From a virus (Duplodnaviria > Caudoviricetes): a stretch of DNA of 37,644 nucleotides. Position 1 is the stretch's first letter; every line of letters starts with the position of its first letter. The stretch is taken from positions 1 to 37,644 of the IMG/VR virus record IMGVR_UViG_3300030372_000318. The stretch is one strand, 5' to 3'. Position numbers and translations under genes: made by a program. Below are positions 34,357-37,644 of this stretch, piece after piece. A model generated the notes under the pieces. It had not been told where the DNA came from. It did not search any database and was given only the letters and a program-made list of their open reading frames with translations.

Positions 34357-34385
34357 TTGCCATGTGTTGCATTATGTGCTACAAT
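34357..34385 (+). promoter_or_regulatory. Early promoter TTGCCA-N17-TACAAT with palindrome TGTTGCA-N5-TGCTACA
   Basis: Near-consensus hexamers with TGn extension. Confidence 0.75.
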
Positions 34386-34444
34386 GGTTTACGAGCAGCA
34401 AATGCTCAATTTGATCCCTTACAAATTTTTATTTACAAAATCAA

Positions 34445-34885
34445 ATGGAACAAACTAAGTTCACAAATCTCGAAGTAGAGATTATTACAGACAGACCCGA
34501 AGAGTGTATTGTCGAATGCTCATGTGACTTCTACGAGGAAGACATGATCAAAAAATACGGTGATCGCAACACTACTAATGAGATCATCAAAGAATATTCA
34601 ACAGAAAAAGATGGTCGAACTGTTGAGCGATTGGTATACCCAGAACAAGCAGTAGAGGATAGTTGCCACAAACTCTACAGGCATTTAGAAAAGCACAAAA
34701 CATTACCTGAGTTAAACATAATTGACAAAATGGTTTTGGATGATTGTATTTCTGGTAGCACTATGGACAGAGCAGAAGATGTTAGTCCACAGTATGGCGG
34801 TAAGGTTGCAGCAGCAGCTAGACGGATAATTGAAAAGCTAGAAAAACTAGGCGTTGAGTTTAGTTGGGCTGAGAGGTGGTATTAA
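34445..34885 (+). CDS. Hypothetical acidic protein (146 aa)
   Basis: ORF directly after the promoter; coupled to the next gene. Confidence 0.8.
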   Translation: MEQTKFTNLEVEIITDRPEECIVECSCDFYEEDMIKKYGDRNTTNEIIKEYSTEKDGRTVERLVYPEQAVEDSCHKLYRHLEKHKTLPELNIIDKMVLDDCISGSTMDRAEDVSPQYGGKVAAAARRIIEKLEKLGVEFSWAERWY

Positions 34886-35031
34886 TGACAGATACCCAGA
34901 AACTGGAGAGGTTGGCCTTCTTGGCCGACCTTCCTTATCGTGACCACACTCCCGAAATGTGGGATGAAGAATTAGCCCTTGAATGCGAGCTACAAGACCA
35001 CCCTTTATACAAATCCTATTTAGACCAATGA
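34885..35031 (+). CDS. Small acidic protein (48 aa)
   Basis: MTDTQKLERLAFLADLPYRDHTPEMWDEELALECELQDHPLYKSYLDQ; GAGG site, TAATG and ATGA coupling. Confidence 0.7.
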   Translation: MTDTQKLERLAFLADLPYRDHTPEMWDEELALECELQDHPLYKSYLDQ

Positions 35032-35240
35032 CCAAATACGAAGTACGAGTTACACAAACTCACGTTGACTACTACCGCATTGATGCCAAAGATCAAGAAC
35101 AAGCAAAGGCTTTAATGCGTCAACACATTATTGAAGGCGATACTTTTATCGAAGCAGAAAAAGTTGATACTATTTTGCGTCCTTCAGAAATTGATTATGC
35201 CGTAAAAATTGATAACAAAGGTGAGGTCACTTACCAATGA
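35028..35240 (+). CDS. Small protein, DpnD/PcfM-like pattern (70 aa)
   Basis: MTKYEVRVTQTHVDYYRIDAKDQEQA; ATG 35028 preferred (ATGA overlap). Confidence 0.65.
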   Translation: MTKYEVRVTQTHVDYYRIDAKDQEQAKALMRQHIIEGDTFIEAEKVDTILRPSEIDYAVKIDNKGEVTYQ

Positions 35241-35500
35241 GAAAAATTAACATCACCGTCTACGTCAATGACGAGTATTCCCTTTACGACATTCTTAAAG
35301 AAGTTAGATCTGAAATAGACCGCAAGGTTTTTACAAGAGAAAACATTAGGCAACGCAAGTTTAGTGGTACATGGGAAGTTGAAAAAGATTACAAGTCACC
35401 TGCATGGCCGTATCACGGTAATTATGAAACCGTAGCTAAATGGGAATCTAACGTAGTTCCCAACAAAGAATTTATTCAATTTCAAAAGGAATCTAACTAA
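35237..35500 (+). CDS. Hypothetical protein (87 aa)
   Basis: GAGGT site upstream; ATGA and TAATG coupling. Confidence 0.75.
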   Translation: MRKINITVYVNDEYSLYDILKEVRSEIDRKVFTRENIRQRKFSGTWEVEKDYKSPAWPYHGNYETVAKWESNVVPNKEFIQFQKESN

Positions 35501-36450
35501 TGACCACAAAATCGTACCCAATTACAGACAAGCAATCATGGCTAGAAAACAGATTGCTTGATGTCACCTCTACTGAGGTATCAGCATTGTTTAATCTCAA
35601 CCCATACCAAACAGAGTTTGAACTGTACCACCAGAAAAAAGATAAGGTGGTAGTCAACATTGATGACAACGAACGCATGGCATGGGGTCGCAGACTTGAG
35701 GATTCTATTGCTTTAGAATTTGCAGATCGCAACAACTTTAAGGTTGAGCAATTTGATGTTTATATGCGTAATCCAAAAACAAGGATGGGCAGTTCTTTTG
35801 ATTACAAAATTGTAAGTGAAGAAGAGCCTATGATTCTTGAGATAAAAAATGTGGATGCATTGGCATATCGCAAGAACTGGATTGAACATGACGAAGACAA
35901 CATTGAACCACCTGAACATATTGCTTTGCAGCTACAACATCAGTTAGAAATTACTGGTTACAACGTGGGTTACATTGTTGCCTTGGTTGGTGGTAACACC
36001 ATGAAGGTAGTCAAAAGTAAAAGAGATCCGGAGATTGGCAAACTTTTAACAGAAAAAGTTAAAAATTTTTGGGAGAAAATACAATCTGGTATAGAACCAA
36101 ACCCTGACTACACTAAGGACGCACAATACATAATGAAAAATTTATGTAACCAAGCAGACGCAAGTTTAATTCTTAATGCTGATGAGGATATGGATAAGTT
36201 GATTGATGAATACAATTTAGTCAACAGAGAATATGCTTCACTTAGCAAAACAAGAGATGCAATCAAGGCACAAATTTTAGATATGAGCCAAAATGCATCA
36301 AAGATTATTTCCGTAAATGGAACAATCAGTTGCGGTATGTCTAAACCAAATAAAGGCAAACTGATAACACAAGACATGGTTGGCACATACCAGAATCCAC
36401 GCAAAGGATACAGAATGTTCCGTTTCAATTCACCTAAAGGAGTTAGCTAA
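35500..36450 (+). CDS. YqaJ-like viral recombination exonuclease
   Basis: WLE.R…TSTEVSALF.LNPYQT.FELY..K; WGRRLE..I; SFDY…LEIKN; QLQHQL; upstream of recT. Confidence 0.9.
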   Translation: MTTKSYPITDKQSWLENRLLDVTSTEVSALFNLNPYQTEFELYHQKKDKVVVNIDDNERMAWGRRLEDSIALEFADRNNFKVEQFDVYMRNPKTRMGSSFDYKIVSEEEPMILEIKNVDALAYRKNWIEHDEDNIEPPEHIALQLQHQLEITGYNVGYIVALVGGNTMKVVKSKRDPEIGKLLTEKVKNFWEKIQSGIEPNPDYTKDAQYIMKNLCNQADASLILNADEDMDKLIDEYNLVNREYASLSKTRDAIKAQILDMSQNASKIISVNGTISCGMSKPNKGKLITQDMVGTYQNPRKGYRMFRFNSPKGVS

Positions 36451-37247
36451 TGACACAATCCATCTCACCACTTGTAGCCATGCAAGGCACACTAGAAAAA
36501 ATGGCAGACAAATTTACTGAAGCTTTGCCAAGGCAAATGGATGTAAACAAATTTATTAGCGTTGCTAAGTTAACGCTAAATAAAAATCCAAAGCTATTAC
36601 AAGCAGACAAAACTAGTTTGATGCAGACTTTTATGAAAGCTGCACAAGATGGTTTGTATCTGGATGGCAAAGAAGCAGCAGCAGTTCAGTATGGGCAATC
36701 AGTTCAGTACATTCCTATGGTCGAAGGAATAATTAAAGTCTTGCACAATAGCGGATTAATAAAAACTTTATGTGCGGAAGTTGTTTATGAAAATGATTTG
36801 TTTGATTATGAATTAGGCACTAAACAACACATAACTCATAAGCCATTAATTACTGGTGATAGAGGTAAACCTGTATGTGTTTATGCAATTGCTGTAACAA
36901 GTAATGATGGTCAATACATAGAGATTATGAACATGGCAGAAATAGATAAATGCCGACAGGTATCTAAAGCTAGTTCATCACCACATTCGCCTTGGACTAA
37001 ATGGTTTGACCAGATGGCAAAGAAAACTGTTATTCATCGTATTGCAAAACGACTACCAAAAAATGATGCAATCAGTTCTGTTGTAAGAATTGAAGAAGAT
37101 AATATGGTAGACATCACACCAAATGAAACTCAATCAACAGAACCAAAAGATTCTTTGTCAAGGTTAAGAGAGTCAATTGGTATGGATGATGCAGGTGTAG
37201 AGCAAGCAAAACAAGAAGTTTTAAATAACTATCGCAAGGAGGAGTAA
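36450..37247 (+). CDS. recT: RecT-family single-strand annealing protein
   Basis: S+MQ.FMKAAQDGLYLDG.EA; AEVVYEND.F.YELG; PW..WFDQMAKKTVI.R.AK.LP. Confidence 0.92.
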   Translation: MTQSISPLVAMQGTLEKMADKFTEALPRQMDVNKFISVAKLTLNKNPKLLQADKTSLMQTFMKAAQDGLYLDGKEAAAVQYGQSVQYIPMVEGIIKVLHNSGLIKTLCAEVVYENDLFDYELGTKQHITHKPLITGDRGKPVCVYAIAVTSNDGQYIEIMNMAEIDKCRQVSKASSSPHSPWTKWFDQMAKKTVIHRIAKRLPKNDAISSVVRIEEDNMVDITPNETQSTEPKDSLSRLRESIGMDDAGVEQAKQEVLNNYRKEE

Positions 37248-37644
37248 TGCATTATTACTCCTACAACATTAGTGATTACATGAGTCATACTTTGCATTTA
37301 TGGGAGATGGAAGATCTGGCATATCGTAGGTGTTTAGATAATTATTATCTGCACGAGCGACCATTGCCAGAAGATCCAGAACAAGTGGCAAAGCTTATTA
37401 GAATGCGTGAACATTTGCCTGATGTAAAACAAGTATTAAAAGAATTTTTTGTTTTAGAAAAAGGTAAAGGATGGATTAATCCACGAGCAGATGAAGAAAT
37501 ACAAAAATATAAACAAAAGATATTAGCATCATCTAGAGGTGGCAAAGCATCTGCTTTAGCACGGTTGAAGGGTACTTCAAGTATACCGCAACCAACCAAT
37601 AAACAAGAACCAATAAACAATAAACATAAACCAATAAACAATAA
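37247..37644 (+). CDS. YdaU/DUF1376-family putative replication initiator (3'-truncated)
   Basis: MHYYSYNISDYMSHTLHL…EDLAYRRCLDNYY.HERPLP…VLKEFF…W.NPRADEEI; GGAGGAG site upstream; open to the window end; not in the ORF track. Confidence 0.85.
   Translation, partial: MHYYSYNISDYMSHTLHLWEMEDLAYRRCLDNYYLHERPLPEDPEQVAKLIRMREHLPDVKQVLKEFFVLEKGKGWINPRADEEIQKYKQKILASSRGGKASALARLKGTSSIPQPTNKQEPINNKHKPINN
37565..37644. repeat. Palindrome plus direct repeats inside the initiator gene (candidate origin)
   Basis: TTGAAG-GGTA-CTTCAA at 37565-37580; AACCAATAAACA at 37594, 37608 and 37629. Confidence 0.6.

Noticed and set aside
37345-37641. Minus-strand 98-aa lipoprotein-like ORF (LLVGC)
   Set aside because: Antisense to the DUF1376 gene; the hydrophobic N-terminus comes from the reverse complement of the AATAAAC repeats.

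Overview
AT-rich fragment of a tailed dsDNA phage genome; no host, rRNA/tRNA, CRISPR or integrase sequence was recognised. The head/tail module (minus strand, ~2.6-31.9 kb) has the gene order of Bordetella phage BPP-1-like podoviruses: TerS, TerL (inverted here), GNAT, portal, Bbp19-like, scaffold, major capsid, cement, tail tube A/B, three internal virion proteins and two tail fibres. An early/replication arm (plus strand, 32.0 kb to end) carries a Cro-like HTH, YqaJ exonuclease, RecT and a truncated YdaU/DUF1376 initiator. At the left end is a cluster of exported and membrane proteins of the kind I associate with marine cyanophages, so a Prochlorococcus/Synechococcus-like host is inferred, not shown. 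Main observations: (1) a 2851-aa ejection protein carries two ADP-ribosyltransferase-like domains, a glycosylase-like domain and an HExxH peptidase separated by F/Y-x-Q motifs, and a 129-codon +1-frame gene with its own AGGAGG site is nested over the second ART domain (candidate nested immunity gene); (2) a signal-peptide/membrane cluster that may form an envelope-spanning apparatus; (3) a 12-bp motif GTGTGACCGTAA-N16-TANNNT in four copies, a candidate late promoter class; (4) an inverted terL-hydroxylase block; (5) small proteins sharing the scaffold's C-terminal LY motif. Family assignments come from motif recognition and synteny only; no searches were run.
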